The notes under the pieces: generated by a model
Seen by the model: the letters and a program-made list of their open reading frames with translations, nothing else
Databases searched by the model: none
What the model was told of the DNA's origin: nothing
Program-made: the position numbers and the translations under genes
Assembly (NCBI RefSeq): GCF_964204645.1
Contig: NC_134026.1
Location: 20,432,150-20,496,149 of the forward strand
Direction: 5' to 3'
Length of the DNA stretch: 64,000 bases
Source: Tubulanus polymorphus
Lineage: Eukaryota; Animalia; Nemertea
Part shown: piece after piece, positions 1-14,655 of the stretch
Layout: every line of letters begins with the position of its first letter
Numbering within the stretch: position 1 is the first letter of the stretch

Positions 1-2389
1 CATTAGTTTGTCGGGTATAAATTGCGATTGTATCGTTCGCCGTGTGTATTAAGATATTTCATTTGTTCGTCGGTATACACCGCGGCGCTGCGCTGCTACT
101 GCTGCTGCTCCGAGGGGTACGCGCCGACACGAATCCGTGAGCGAATTATTACGTAAATTACGCGCGCGGCCACAACGACCCACGTGGCGGGAAATGCCGT
201 TTTTTATTTGCTGCTAAACAATATACGAACACGAGTGTCCCATAAAACGGATAAACGAACGACCGGTGCGTTGGGTAACGACCGTCGTCGGTATAGAAAA
301 ATTATCGTAGTACTTACGATATTCATTCTGCTCATTCAACTATTACCAACGAGTAGGTTTTTTCCGATGTTTCATTCATAAACGAACAAGGACTTAAGTA
401 ACCGTTACAAAGATACAGCCACAGATATCATCTTGAAATAAAGCAGAAGCCAAAATTGATAGATAGAATTTTGTAGAAGAACTAAAATGCAAATATAATG
501 ATTTGCCGATTTTTTTTTTCAAATGCACTTTTTTATAATGATAATTATTTGATTTGAATAGGCCCCCTTTTCCCTGTATAACAATATTCAACGGCGCTGT
601 TGATAGCAAAACTTCCTAGCATCTTTGAAAAGGATAGTTTGCAGTTTGCATCTGAATGACAGAACTGATGACTCTGAACGAAGCGATGGTGGTAGAGGGT
701 TCCATTATAACTAAGAATGAACGGCGATCGACTTGATATTTTTGCTTAATAATGCATACTTATTTGGTCGTTCGTGCATGCATCGAGACATAGATACTCG
801 GTCAGTAGGCACACTTTTTTCCACTGTCATCCCTGCCCTTAACAATTGCAGTTATTGAACGATTCGACGTCAATGTTCTCGGCGAAACCGTATCCCTCAA
901 TGGAACAACGCCCTGAGAAAGAAAAACGTATTACATACAGCCAATGTCGCGGAATCTTATTTACAGAATGTCGGAATGAAAAGATACTTCGCGCACGCGA
1001 TTATGCTTTTCATGAAATCACCAACGGCGATGGCCAAATAATGTCAACTAGATCTTTATTGGATTGATCCGTTAGCTCGTCGCTCAAGAGAGAAATAAAC
1101 CCGATCGAACGGCCAAACACGATTTGATATCAAGGTCGCACTTTATTCCCTCTGAGAATATTCGCTTACGTGGGTTCTCGCTGGCGTTTGAATATTGCAA
1201 GAAAATCATTTTAGATATATAATTTCATTTCGACGTAATCCTTTTTCGTCTAAAATCTCATTATAAATCAATTCGTAAAAGTATGGCCTTCATATTTACG
1301 CAATAAAATGTATCGTAGATATTCTACAGTATATCCTAAAATATTCATGAAATAAGCGCAAATCATACGGTGAAGGAGTAAAAACTTAATCTAGAAATGT
1401 TTCGCATGTAACGTGCATTAGTCGATCTGTATTTGTCATCTGCACATTTCACATCATGTGAACCTTTTCCTCGAAACGATAAAGATTTACTGATTCCAAA
1501 TTATGAATTTTGTTGTATCTTTGTGGACGTGAGTGTGAATGGATCCCTTTTTTCTGTTCCCTTAGGGATATGTATGCCTTGAATACGTTAGCGTCCTGGG
1601 GACATCCTTTGCGAAAAATTGAAATCCTATCTTTTTGAGATATATTAATATTTGCGGAGAAAATAAATAAAATCATAATATATCATATTTACTTATAAAT
1701 GTCTAATCTTACTGTTTTGATAATTTTTTTTAAAAGTTTATCTGCGAAATAATGTAAATAAAATCCAATGTAATACAATATGTACGACTGAAAAAGTCGA
1801 AACATATCGAACGATTTGTCTACATAGTTCATCGATAGTTCACTAGACACGTACCGTACTGATTAGAATACCTGGTCCTAACCATCGAGCCCGAGGGACC
1901 CGTGCTTCGCAAGTAGACCATTTTCCTGGAAAAAAGAAGCTGTGCATACTTAGAACCACTGCTTGAGTTTAGATCTTACGGATGCCCGATATCAATTATA
2001 GGCCACAACGAGCATTAAAGCTCTACGATCGGTTCTTTCCCCGTTGCGAGACACTTATAAGTGATTTGAAATAACTGTCAATGAAAAGCACTCTCCTCGT
2101 TTGTGATTTAATACCCTATTGTTTCCGTACAGTAATAGACCTCTTCGTTATCTTTTTAATTCCATTCGGCTACAAATCTTCTTTAAATGGCGGCATCGTT
2201 CTCGGTAGTAATATGGGGTCGAAATGTTAAATGCCGTGATCCCGTAATGCACACGTTCTTTTAAGTTGGTTTTCAGGTCGATTAAGGAAAACGACAAGAA
2301 TGAAGAAAGGAATATACCCAGGTATATAGACATTTGAATACCCATCTGAAATGTAAATCTTTGGGTTTACCAAAACAAGAAAACTTTTT

Positions 2390-2800
2390 TGAAAGTTTAT
2401 CGACGCCTTGAAGAATAAGACACGCATTGCTCAAAATTGTCGACAATAAATGATATGATATAACACTACGGATCAATAAAACTATTTTGGATTTGAATAT
2501 CGATGATTCAATTTAATTGACCGGCAACCAGTCTAGCTCCGATAAATGATGACGCAGTGCGCATCCTCTCAAAAACAATTATCAAAGTTTATTAGAAATA
2601 AGTTAAGAGATAAGATAATAATGAAATATATTTGATTACAAGATAAACTCCAAAATTCACAAATTTTGCAATTGTGATTTTGAAACGCCAATATCGATGA
2701 CGTAGTGCACATCGACTTATAAAGAACCCCTTAACATAACGCACACTAGGTATCAGTGTAAATAAACATTATTGTCGAGGTCTTAACGGCGTCAAAAATT
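2390..2800 (+). repeat. Dispersed repeat family B, copy 1
   Basis: Shares GATGACGYAGTGCACATC (twice), CAATTGACCGGC-like and GGTATCAGTGTAAATAAACATTATTG blocks with 15960-16310, 21965-22210 and 38965-39205. Confidence 0.8.
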
Positions 2801-4115
2801 AGATTAAGTTCACTTTCTTTCCGTGGCTCATGGACACGTACGTACATTTATTTAGAAAATAAGAATTAGGATTCATGCTAGAAATCGAGAAATCGCATAC
2901 GTGTGTCTGGTGAATTGTGATTGATTAATTCGAATCCATATTCTGTCATTACGCGCCGGCGGAGAGAAAAAGAAGCGAACGAGTTGGATATTTTGTTGCA
3001 CATCAACGGTATCAACGTTTCTGCCACTCGTTTAACTTTGTTTCCATACGGCCGTAAGGGATTTCCTCGTCGTCAATTAAAAAGCCTCTTCTTCTTACAC
3101 GGAATAAATCTCCAGCCGATCTCCAGCCGATTTCGTATACGCAGCGGTAATAGTCGTATAGTCCCTCCATTACGTTTTAAATGTCGCATTTCGCATTTTT
3201 CGAAAGCTATATTCCTACTCGCGGGCGCGCAACAGAACAAAAAAAACGGTATCCTCTTATGTGTCACCGACGCACGACGAAATAATTGGCTTTCAGGAGA
3301 ATCACTTACCAACTGCAGCTGCAGATATCAGACTGGAAGTGCAAGCTCCTTTCATTTATATGTCATATCATAATATACTCTTTCTAAATATTTGGCTCGG
3401 CCGTATCACTCGCGCAAACAACCTCATACTTTAGACGGCGGTGATGAAATGTTTGTCCCTCTTAAGCCACGGTACCTCGCGGTACAAATTGAAATTTGTC
3501 ATTACATCACCAGGAATATGGGTAGAATGTCCTAAGATGGTCAACATGTTTCGATGTTCAATGAGAAGTCCGAGAAATCGAATCGGTACTGGATTCTAGC
3601 AATCTCTACCTAAACGCAGCTGTGGTTAGGTATTTGCTAGCTGGTGCAATTTGACAGACGCGACGGATGAGACCGGAGCGAAAAAACATGTTCTACCGTA
3701 ACGATATATATATTTCGTTTGGATTCCCGGCTCTTTAGCGCGCACAGCTGGTATAGCAAACTAGTGGATTACGTGCGTAGGGCGCGCTCGCGTCGCTCTG
3801 AAACGCAGTACGATCAGAACGCTCACGCATTGAAAGCCGGCGACTTCCCGCGTCAACACGCCAGTAAGCGAGTCCAACGTAAGTTTAGGCGGGAATACAG
3901 TCTGAGTTTGCCGCCCGTATAAAGAAGACTCGGTGGACGTTTCTAATGTCGTCTTTCGGCGACGCGAAAAGTTACCACCAGGTAAACATTCGTACCGCGT
4001 CCGTTCGCGAGGACCTCCGCGCAAATGAAAGCAGAGCGCGATGCATTGAGATATAGTATTTCGACGACGTCGTGCTTGCCAGTTAACAGAAAATTGACCG
4101 GTGGGTATAATAGTC

Positions 4116-5237
4116 ATGTCTATTAACTATACTGTGATAGGATTAAATGAAAGTCTCGCGCCGAAGGAACCGGAGCCGAAATACTCGGGCGTTAAAGCAG
4201 TGGTTATAGTGATAATTCTGTCTCTTGTGATAATAGTTTCGATAGCGGGCAATTTGCTCGTCGTCATCGCCGTCTGCACGGAAAGGGCCCTGCGAAAAAC
4301 GACGAATTTCTTCTATGTATCGTTGGCGATCGCCGACCTCATGGTCTCGACGATGGTGATGACTTTCGCCGTCGCCAACGATATTCTCGGATATTGGACG
4401 ATGGGTGTGAAATTTTGCTCAGTTTGGATATCGTTCGACATAATGTGTTCGACGTCTTCGATTCTGAATCTGTGTACGATCAGCCTGGATCGGTATATTC
4501 ACATTCGTTTTCCGTTGCGATACGAAGCGTGCATGACGGCCAGAATGACCTTATCTGTGATAGCCGGCGTGTGGGTGTGCTCGGCCCTAATATCGTTCGT
4601 ACCGATCCAGCTCGGCTGGCACGGCACGAAATGGGAAGATTTCGACACCGGTTCGGCCGTGTTCTACTGTTACTTAGAACTCAACTCGACGTATGCCATC
4701 GTTTCTAGTTGCGTCAGTTTCTACGTGCCGTGCGCGATCATGATAGGAATATACTTCAAAATGTACCAATATGCAAGGAAACACGTGAAAAGTATAAAAC
4801 AGGTAACTACCGGTCCGGACCACGCCGACAGGCAGAGTAGAATATCCGATCAAAAGGCGGCCATTACTTTAGGTGTCATCATGGGCACGTTTCTTTTTTG
4901 TTACATTCCGTTCTTCACCACGAACGTCGTCGCTAGTTTTTGCAACGATTGCGTGTCCAGCGAACTGTTCAGCGGATTATCGTGGCTCGGATACGTCAAC
5001 TCGTGTTTCAATCCGGTCATATACAGCATATTCAACAAAGAATTTCGAAAAGCTTTTTACAAGATCTTGTGCATGAAGTCGGCCTGTTGCGAAAAGGAAC
5101 AGCCGCTATCGTCGTACAATTACAAACACCGCAGCACGGGCTCGACAAATTCTTATACTGCTGCCCAAGTCGAGCTGATCGGCTCGGTAAACGGTAGCTC
5201 CAGACACCAAACTAAACTCGGATATATGCCGCCATGA
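4116..5237 (+). CDS. D1-like (Dop1R1-type) dopamine receptor, class A GPCR, intronless CDS, 373 aa
   Basis: First ATG at 4116 (the ORF track starts at an upstream GTG). Seven hydrophobic helices with GNxxV, LAIAD, TM3 Asp (FDIMCSTSSILNLCTISLDRY), TM5 serines (SSCVSFYVP), short ICL3 ending SDQKAAITLGVIMG, and NPVIYSIFNKEFRKAF. This motif set is typical of invertebrate Dop1-type receptors. Confidence 0.9.
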   Translation: MSINYTVIGLNESLAPKEPEPKYSGVKAVVIVIILSLVIIVSIAGNLLVVIAVCTERALRKTTNFFYVSLAIADLMVSTMVMTFAVANDILGYWTMGVKFCSVWISFDIMCSTSSILNLCTISLDRYIHIRFPLRYEACMTARMTLSVIAGVWVCSALISFVPIQLGWHGTKWEDFDTGSAVFYCYLELNSTYAIVSSCVSFYVPCAIMIGIYFKMYQYARKHVKSIKQVTTGPDHADRQSRISDQKAAITLGVIMGTFLFCYIPFFTTNVVASFCNDCVSSELFSGLSWLGYVNSCFNPVIYSIFNKEFRKAFYKILCMKSACCEKEQPLSSYNYKHRSTGSTNSYTAAQVELIGSVNGSSRHQTKLGYMPP

Positions 5238-5951
5238 CGATGACATATCACCGCGAAGGTGTGCACAAACAACTCGTGTCTCAGTACCAGTACCGATGAT
5301 GGTGACCTCGCTACCGTCGCCGTTTGAATTGAATTGTTACTCGCTGTAGCGTAAAATTGACTGAGCGAGCGTTCGGCGTTTAATTCGTGGATTAATCCGA
5401 AAAACGCGCGCGGGGGTTTCGTCGTTTCACCGCCGCATTTTCCAGCACAAACTGCGGCTTATCTATAATGCGACGGACATTCAAAGTGTCGTCCAAAATA
5501 ATGGTTTCGTCGAATAGCCATTTTAAATTCGGTAAGCGCCTGGCGGATGGTACATTTATGCTCAGTGAGATTACACATAACTAACTTCCATGGGGAACAG
5601 GATTGAGAGAAAAAGGTTTTTTCTTTTTAACGAAAACAGATTTCCAAAACGTTAATTCTTTTACACGCTATAACGTGGCATATCTTTAAGCAAAAAGGAA
5701 CATTTGCCATATCACACAAACACACAGGATATTTTGCTATATGCTATGCAATCATAGTTTAATACTTTATTTGATATCTATGAACAATATTCGAAAAGAC
5801 ATCATCGGAAAGTGAGAGATGTTCACTTATGGCGGATCCAATTGAATCTAGTACGCCTAACATATCGTATTGTAAATAGAGAACGAGACTATATAGTAAA
5901 CATCGCATCGGATACATTTAGTTTCTTGAATCGTTTTTGAGTAAAAAAATG

Positions 5952-5957
5952 AATAAA
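5952..5957 (+). terminator. Candidate poly(A) signal of the dopamine receptor gene
   Basis: AATAAA about 715 bp after the stop, in AT-rich UTR-like sequence. Confidence 0.35.
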
Positions 5958-8048
5958 GGTTCATAAATTACGCAACCGATATTCTTTAGAAAGTTGCGCT
6001 TTCTGTTATTTATCATTCTGAGATAAAGCACGTTGCACGTGTCAGTTACCTAGCCAAAAAGACTTTTGTCTGCCTTAAGTGTGGATTTTTTCATTTTTCG
6101 ATTAAACGATTTGAGCTACAAGTCGTGCCCCAAAAAGTAACCGTATTGTCTCTCATCGGATGAGTATTGAAATTGGCAGTTTAGGGCCGTTCTGTTTTCA
6201 AACTAAGTCGTCGTAGTATTTGCACATGTCTTCAGGGATTCATTTCGAGAATCTTATATAAATTCTGTCTTTCAAACGAGCTGAAGATCGGACTTGTCGA
6301 ATATATGGATGTTTGAATTTGATATCCTGATGGTATCGTGAAAAATACGAGATTCTGGAAGAAAGGTTTTAGTCTTTATTTAATGACAATGAATACATGA
6401 ATTTTCGCCAATATGAAATGTGCCAGTGTCTATTCTGATTTGGAAAATACCGAAATATCTAGATCAGGATGTCAGTTGATCCATTCGTTGTCTGTCCCGA
6501 GTCAGAATTTGTCATTGCTTTTGCGTGTCAAAGTTAATGTTTGTTTTCGGAGATCGCTTATTTTATATTAGCGTTGGACACGAAACCTCAATTTCCCATG
6601 CGTCGACAATCAAACTCAAAGGCAATTATACATTCTGAATGTACGTATATGTGGGTGAAACATGACGAGTATTTTAGAATCGCTTAGTCGTTGATTCTTT
6701 TTTCCTAATCAAACACCGAGATAAATTTGTTTACACAAATTACGAAGAATGGAAAGCCTTCGCGGGCGCCCGGTTCGCACGGTCATTTAGTCAACGGCAC
6801 GACCTGACCAAAGTCTACAAGTCGAAGATAGAACTGCAAACAAAACTTACTTTACGAAACTGATTATATTTATTTAAAAGTCCGTTCGGCGAAACACGTC
6901 CTAATGTCGGACATGGTTGTAAAAGGGATAAACCTAGTTTTGACGTGTATATACGTGTATGTTCAACTTCATAGAATTTCAGTTGTCGATGCAAATATTT
7001 CCGACTTTCCTGAATGCGGTTGCAGATGTGTTTACTAAAACCCCCGGACAACATTTTGTTTAATGAAAGCTTCGATTTGCACGCAAAACGGAACTGGCGC
7101 TGGGCAGTTATGTACATTAATCATAAACAACTGGTCAAATAGACACAATACGGTCGACGACTATATACATAATGACCAGCTAGCTAAAGTTCTGGATATG
7201 CCAAATTGTATGCAAACCCCCAAAAGAATTCATTTTCGGATCGGGGGCTTAATAAGAAACCCATTTTCTATTTATCTTAAAATAGGGATTAACCCTGTTA
7301 TTTATTTATTTTGGTAGATTCCGTTTGATCTATTTTGATTTGAATGTTCTTTATAGACCACCACAACTGCCGGGAGCGAAACAGGGGGTTTGAATTTGAA
7401 ATTGGAAATCTAAGGTTATCGAAGTTTAGTGTGATCAACGGTCGATTTTACTGGACTTGTTTGTTTAAATCGAAGTACATAATATAGCATATTTCATTTG
7501 CAGATCATTCAAACAATCGTCCAACCAACTGATTAGGGATTATTTTGTTGGCTGCCTAATCTGATACATCGATATTTCGGAAATAACTATATTACAATGT
7601 TGAAGATAATCTTGTCCATTTTCTATATTTTTTTTCAAGTCGTTTTCCACGTGTAAATATAGTCCGAAAGTTTATCGTAGTATTTTTTCCTTTAAACCAA
7701 TTTCTTACAGCGACTAACATATGTGATTAGGGGTTTACGTACTGAGTGTTAGTTTGAAATGGTTTTTTTTAAAGGAGAGTTATCGCTTTCAGATCGCGGC
7801 GCTTCTTCAGCTGAGATTTTTTCGCAGTGTTGTAGATAGAATGTAACAGCGTGCACATTTTCTCGATTATTTTCAAATTGCGTGCTGATTTACCGGATAG
7901 ATACGCCAGTTTGCCTGATGTACGAGAGTCGATACATTAATCGAGAATTCGATTTACCAGGTGTGGTAGTTTGAAGTAGACAATCGCGGTCGAATATCTT
8001 GCATGGGCTGCGGCCAGTGATTGCAACACGTAGAAAAAAAATATGACT

Positions 8049-8273
8049 TAAGGCTAAAAAATGATACCTTGTACTTCCTTTTTGCTGCTGGGTTTAAAAG
8101 TAGACTCAGTCGGCCGCCTATCTCCTCTGTGCATTACTTTAAAAAAAATCATGATCAGGCTAACAATAACAGACCAGGCAGCTATAGAAATGAACTGATT
8201 ACAAATTTTATTGCGGTATACAAAAGTGACCCGACCGATTAGGAGAAACAACGTATCATTTCCGTTTAGCCTT
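8049..8273 (+). mobile_element. MITE family A, copy 1 (~225 bp)
   Basis: Terminal inverted repeats AGGCTAAAAAATGATACCTTG...CGTATCATTTCCGTTTAGCCT; second copy at 15584-15808. Confidence 0.8.
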
Positions 8274-9189
8274 GACCCTGCCGCTACCATGGCGTGTGCA
8301 TTAGATTTTTTGCGTTCGCTTTTCGTCGTTATTTAGCGCGCTAATTTAGCGCCAGACGTTGGGCGACTTAAAGAAAATGAAATTGTCGAAAATTGCGTGT
8401 TTTTTACTTCGGTTTGTTGGCGTAGGATGAATCGCTGCAATCGTTTAGACGTACGGAATTCGTTGATTCGCCTATCGAAACAAGTGCGGCTTCTGATTGG
8501 AAAATTAAATAATCGCCGACTAATACAGGTAGCGCAATGTAGATTAACTTAAAGAAGAATATTACTATCTTAAAAATCTTTTCTCAACGAAACTTTTTCG
8601 CCGACGAATAATCGCGATTGAAAATATGTACCAAACATCGACGCTCCCTCTAGCCGCATAGAGAACTACAACAACGCGATACCGATCAAAAAAATTAATT
8701 ACGAGCCAATACTCGCGGGGAACATTCATCGCGTCTCGAGTCATACTCCGAGAAATAGCGTCTTCCACACGTCGTATAGCTGTCACTGTGATATGTGTCT
8801 ATGCACATACAAACATATATTAATTGATAAGCAATTTATCTTTCGCTGACTATAATACCAGTGTGTGCACTTAATAGTAATGATAATTTACCTTTCCCGA
8901 AGGTAATCATCGCAGCGTGGGCTTGGTTTTGCACGATTTTGTTTAACAGATCGAGCCCGGGGTCAATGGAAGTGCAGAGTAGTTCCCGTTTTGTTATGGA
9001 AGCGGCGAAGAAGAAACCACAAACAACTGGGGGAAAACATCCCTAATAGCATAGCTTTCTGTTCATAGTAGCCAAGTTGCTTATACATGTATCAGCGTGT
9101 TGATATGAGTTGCGACAATGTATCTATCAATTTCTGAGATCCATCCGATGTTTACCAGTTCAGCCTTTGGCCGGAAACGATTTGAATGT

Positions 9190-9412
9190 AGAGAATCCCA
9201 CAATGATAACGAGAAAATAAAGTCCAAAAATGTTTCGTCGAGCTAGTAGTTTATTCGACGTTTCGACTATATTCTAATAGTCATCTTGATGAATACGGAA
9301 TCCAGTATTTCTGAAAAGATGACTATTGAAATATAGTAGAAACGTCGAAAAACTACTAGCTCGAGGAAACTTTTTCGGACTTTATTTTTTCGTCATCATT
9401 GTGGGATTCTCT
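9190..9412. mobile_element. Palindromic Penelope-like terminal-repeat relic with two divergent degenerate minimal hammerhead motifs
   Basis: ~105-bp inverted arms. Each arm carries a degenerate CTGAAGA-T-GACTAT-loop-ATAGTC-GAAACGTC motif (minus 9253-9295, plus 9306-9350). Confidence 0.65.
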
Positions 9413-12400
9413 CTATCGTCACAATACGGGTAAAGTGTTTTGGTTAGTTGAATGGTTAAACCCTTAAAACATTTTTAGAAATTGCGACGACGTAATAATG
9501 CACACCGCGCGTTATTTACTCATTGCTGGTCCGTGTCTCCGTCGATAGTTTCTCATTCAATAGCAATAACCCGCGGGTGTATTCGGGATCGGCTGGCTGG
9601 CCGTCGGTCGGTCGAATCAGGCGAAATGACTCTGGGTCGGCGTGTACAATAACCGATCGATCCATATTCCGATAAACAAATGAATCACATGAATTATTTA
9701 CGTATACGAAGGTACATCTATACGCGGTGCCATTTACCCAGCTTATAACTTATTAATACCTATAAATAGCTATGAAAGTTATGCACTTAAATTTTTCGCC
9801 GTGATTAATTGATGATATTTTATGAAATAGCGTATTCAATAGATTTCGCCGAAATAGTGACTTCGCTTTGTTTTGCCAATAGTTTTTTAGATACCCGGGT
9901 GAATATGCATGTACATCTCTGGTTCATGTGTACTCTCTATGGTCATATGTAAAAAGTTCACTCGTTGGGGATTTCAATATATACCATAATATTTCCTGGA
10001 TACCTAGTTTCCTATGTGGGCTATATTGTACTAAACATTCTGGGAAGGGAAGTTAAAATTCATCAACAATCTGTTTCGATGAGAGCTTCATGTGAACTAT
10101 TTCAAAGCCAGATGTCAAATCTGCGACATGATCACCACGGATTAGCCTCCCCACTGCTTATCGCGTATACGCGCGTGATCCGAAAGCTATCTAACATAAC
10201 GACAACTTCTCCGACATTTACTACTAAGTTTATGCAATTTTTATGTTTCGAATCAAATAAAGACAAATATCGCTGTTATTGTGCAGATGTTCGGAAATAT
10301 TGAACACACGCCGCTGACAGGTTCGGCGCGTAAAGAAAAAAATGAAACTCTGATCGATTGAGATTAGATTCTCAAGACAACGACGATACAAAGACAACGA
10401 CGACGACGACGGCGTCGAAAAAACAAGCAAAGAGCGCGATCTGATTGCGTGTATCTTGTGAATACAGTCGTCGCAAGTTTAAACATCTGTCGCCAGTCGA
10501 TGCTATCGCCAAATAGAGGCATATAACAGACGCAGAATCTATCGATTCCTGACAACGAATCAAACTATTAATGTCCATAATTAACAGCGCTTTGACAGAC
10601 GGGTGGGAATCCCGCGGCGACTTGTGCGCAAATCGGGAAAATGCTCTTGTCAGCAGCGGTTTCATTCGGCGCGCACATTGCTTCGCCACATTTTAGATAA
10701 TGTTATAATACGATCAGTATATATGTCGATAAAAACGATTATCTCGATGTTACACATCGGTTTCGCCCGACTTCGAGGATAGAGTCAGAAGTCGTATTTA
10801 ACAGTAGTTCAATCAGAACTCGTACATCGGGAGAAAGTGGCGAAACCTCTTAAGTTAAACACTACAGCGTGTGAGAATGAAAATAGAAGTTACTATGAGG
10901 TTTCTAAATAGTTACACGTAGTATTCTGTAAATAGTCTACGTGTGTACAGCCGGTGCAAAAATTACTACAAGGCGTGAAGAGTTTTACGGTTTGCTGGGT
11001 TATCGTGACGTATACAGTCGATAGCTGCGCTCTAATTGAAAGAGCATAACCAATTAATACCCGTGTGATCCGATGATGAAGATAAACCGCTCATCAAAAC
11101 TATTACCCATCAGGTTCATCGCGTCTAAGATGATCCCTAGTGTGAGTTTACACTTTATGAATGATTACAGGCCGGTACCCGAATAAATATTCACTTCCGC
11201 AATTATTTCGCGTTATAGAAATACGGACTACACCATGAAATATGGCCAAGAAATATATCTCAAGAGCTTCATGGGGCTCCCAAACTCCATAGAAACGCTT
11301 CACGCCTGCGCCGACAAAGCAGTTCCGCTTCACCCAATGAAATACTAACATTTCAAAGATCTAAAAAATGTTGGCACCCCTTCCCCAATTGGCAGATTAA
11401 CACGTCTATCATCGAATAGATCAGTTCGAATTCGGATTTTTACATATTTGTTCTAACGCAGAGGGTTCGTACGTACGGTATATTACTTGGAAACGATTAT
11501 ATCTATAACCAAAGCCGTCCGCACTATGTGACCCAGCCAGCGAACTTGCGAGATTTTCGCTAATGATCAAATTATAGACAATTCGATATTGTTATATACG
11601 TATATGCATATGTGCCAATGTGCGCGCACGATGGCATAAATGGTGGTATAATTAGATCAGCCGCGTTTATGGTGGTAAAATATGATACAGAGACAACAGC
11701 ACACGGTCGATAGGGATTTAACTTGACGTAGTAACATTATTAATAGCGACCTATCAGGTCCTGACTGATTCTGATGGGGTCGAAATGGAGTCTCTATCGG
11801 CAAATGGTCTATCTTACTCATTGGAAGGGACATGTAACTCGGTAACGCTAAGCCGTGGTTATGCAATTGAAACTGCAGGTTAAGTTATTAGGTTAAATAC
11901 TTAGCCCAGTTATATAACATATGAAAAAATGAAAAATTATTTTATAAAGGATAAATTCCTTGGGGTTTAGGTTGCTTTTTGGTCCGTTGTACTGGATACT
12001 GGTTAAGAGACTACTGCATCACGAATGAAGGGCTGTTATAAGTCATGCCATTTGTTGGGAACCCCCGTTTGGCGGTTTTCCACTCGTCGTCTTAACAAAA
12101 TGTCTACTTCCTAACATATTTACAGTTTGTTGTATTATTTTTCTACTAATATTGTGTAACAGTAAGCCATTGTACTTGAAGCTTAACATGTCGCACACGA
12201 TATAAGAGTGTTCGCTTGCAAAGTTATTTGAAATTAGTCAACACTCCATATCGCGTAATCGATACCTCATTACACACAAATATAACTCGGTCCTGTCGTA
12301 TGAGAGCCTTCATGGGAAGGATGTGAAAGGAAACTGCGAATTAATGTAAAATTGCGGTACAATTTTCACACTTAATCTTAATTCTGAATCATGAACTTCG

Positions 12401-14655
12401 AGCGAGTGTAAACCAGATCCGGACTTCAAGCCGTCCCGATGAAAAATATCGGCTATCTTCGGTTATCGATAGACGAAGATCATCGCTGCACTTCACAAGA
12501 TAGATATTACAGGTCAAACAATGCAGTAGACAATATTGTAGAATGTTAAACAGTAGGCTACAAGCATACTATCTATAGCGACGGTCAAAACTGGTGCGTA
12601 TTTTTCGTTGCAAAATATCCTTTAGATTTCACAGGATTCACGCCTTTTATCCATTTGAACCATTGTTACTTTTTCTGTTTTCATAAAGATAATGACAATA
12701 TAGCTCTTCTTTCCTCTATCCCAAAAGAAATCCTGGTTAATTTGTAGATTTATGACTTTTGAAAGAGCCAAACATGTATGTTTAACAATATGCTATAAGT
12801 ACGTGCGAATGACGCGCAGGTTTGGTTATATGTGACTGTGATAACTAAACATTGAATAGCTCAAGTAAATATATTACATATCAATTTTAGATTAGAGTAT
12901 GATTTTACATGTATCGTAATGAATAGATACATTTATGTTGACACGGGAAGCACTTATAGTGTGAAAAAATATGATTGATCTGTCTATAAGAATAATGTTA
13001 CTTCGGCTAGGCGGTTCGTGCTATTCAACAGTAACAGTAAGTTGAGTGAGTAGCGATATTGCGGTTTTGGTCAAGTTGGTCAAATTAACCTAATTAATCT
13101 ATTAGAATCCAAAAAGTTGTGAATCAAACTGTATTTTGCCTTTACAATTTCAAATCGTGAAAATCATTAACCCGACAAGAACGTTGCCTGGTATTACGTC
13201 CTCACTGCAGAATCCCGTCCTCTTACTAACTTCAAGCCATAGATCTAGACAGGCTTTATCAAATGATTGATAGACTAATTCGTACGAATTCGCCTCTGTC
13301 AATGTTTGCTTTTTCAATTTCAACTCGGGATTTTTGTTTACAGTCTGGTTTTACAAAACGATTAGCCGATTTCATAGTACGATTAGACCTTGGAGCTTAT
13401 CAGTCTTTTACCGGTATCTAAAAATCTAAAAATCACGTGTTTCATATCGACTTATTTTGTCAACTTTCGATGCAAGGCAATTCAAATTCAAAGAGATGGC
13501 GAAAGATGAAAAATAAAATGGCACGAATTAAACTTGTTGAGCTGAACTAACGATTAACGAAAAACGTCTGACATCTGATTTCATTTAACCAAGAAAATGC
13601 GATGGTCATCGATCTGCTACCACTGATTGTCTTGCCTTTTCATAACTGCCGAAATACCATACGCGGTAAATTATGAAAAGTCGGCAGTTTCGAAAATAAA
13701 ATAGAGAAGGCCGCGGCAGATTGCAAGCAGAGGAAGCGCTAAATTTAGAGCCAGGAAGTTGATAGATAACTGAAATGCAGACACTGTGGAAGATCGATAA
13801 ACCAGAAGATGACACTAAACTCAAATTAAGGGACTTCATGATTTGTGTACGTATATATGCGATTTGTCAACGTCGCCGACGTAGCATTACGCGTCATTTT
13901 GCACTTAACGCTATCGCGTAATGTTCGCCGTAGAAGGCGATTTGTAAACCAAATATGATTATCGGAATGCGGTGGGGAGATTATTACCCGTGATTACCGA
14001 CGATTAATTGGATTATACACCCACTGACTCGGTCGAATAGAATTAAATTGAATTGTAATTAAATGACCTTCGTCACGTTTAAAGTCTGTCTCAATCAATG
14101 CGAGGTATTCGAAAATCTAATCGTTAACCACCACGACCGGACAAGTGCACCGTGATCGCGAAACCAAGTGTGCTTCTCTCGGTGTTTATGCATCTAAAAC
14201 CGGTGGAAATATACTTCCTGGTTTATGATTATTTAACCTTAGCCGATCCAATCAAACTCACGCGTTGCTCAGTCCCAAAAATTCAACCCGGAAATAAGTA
14301 AAAGTTGTTCGTTTACAATTATATACAAATAGATCCTTAACATATTCTAGAGCATGCTTTGCGATCTTGGGCCCATTCCAGAGAACGACTTGATGTTTCA
14401 TTAGTCATAAATACTGTGATGAAACTGCCGAAATGACGAAATGTAGAATAGTTCTGTGAAATGACCCCCTGATCCAAAGACTCTTCCAGACAACTCGGTC
14501 GTGGAAAGACCACTGCACAATTTGGTGCATAATCACCGATAAACAAGGCCCCACTGTTTGGATGAACCGGAACACTAATTACTTACTCATTCACCTATTT
14601 GCTCAATTAACCTGTTCTCCTCTGTATATATACCCATGTTTTTAGTCAATATCTC

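Noticed and set aside
1-335. Minus-strand first exon (MSRMNI|GTAAGT at 318-335) spliced to the GC-rich 1-215 region
   Set aside because: All three frames after the candidate acceptor hit stops within the window; it may be UTR but is unsupported as CDS.
2921-3373. 150-aa ORF upstream of the GPCR and other 60-125-aa ORFs between 6 and 51 kb
   Set aside because: Mostly non-ATG starts, no recognisable motifs, and composition typical of random translation.
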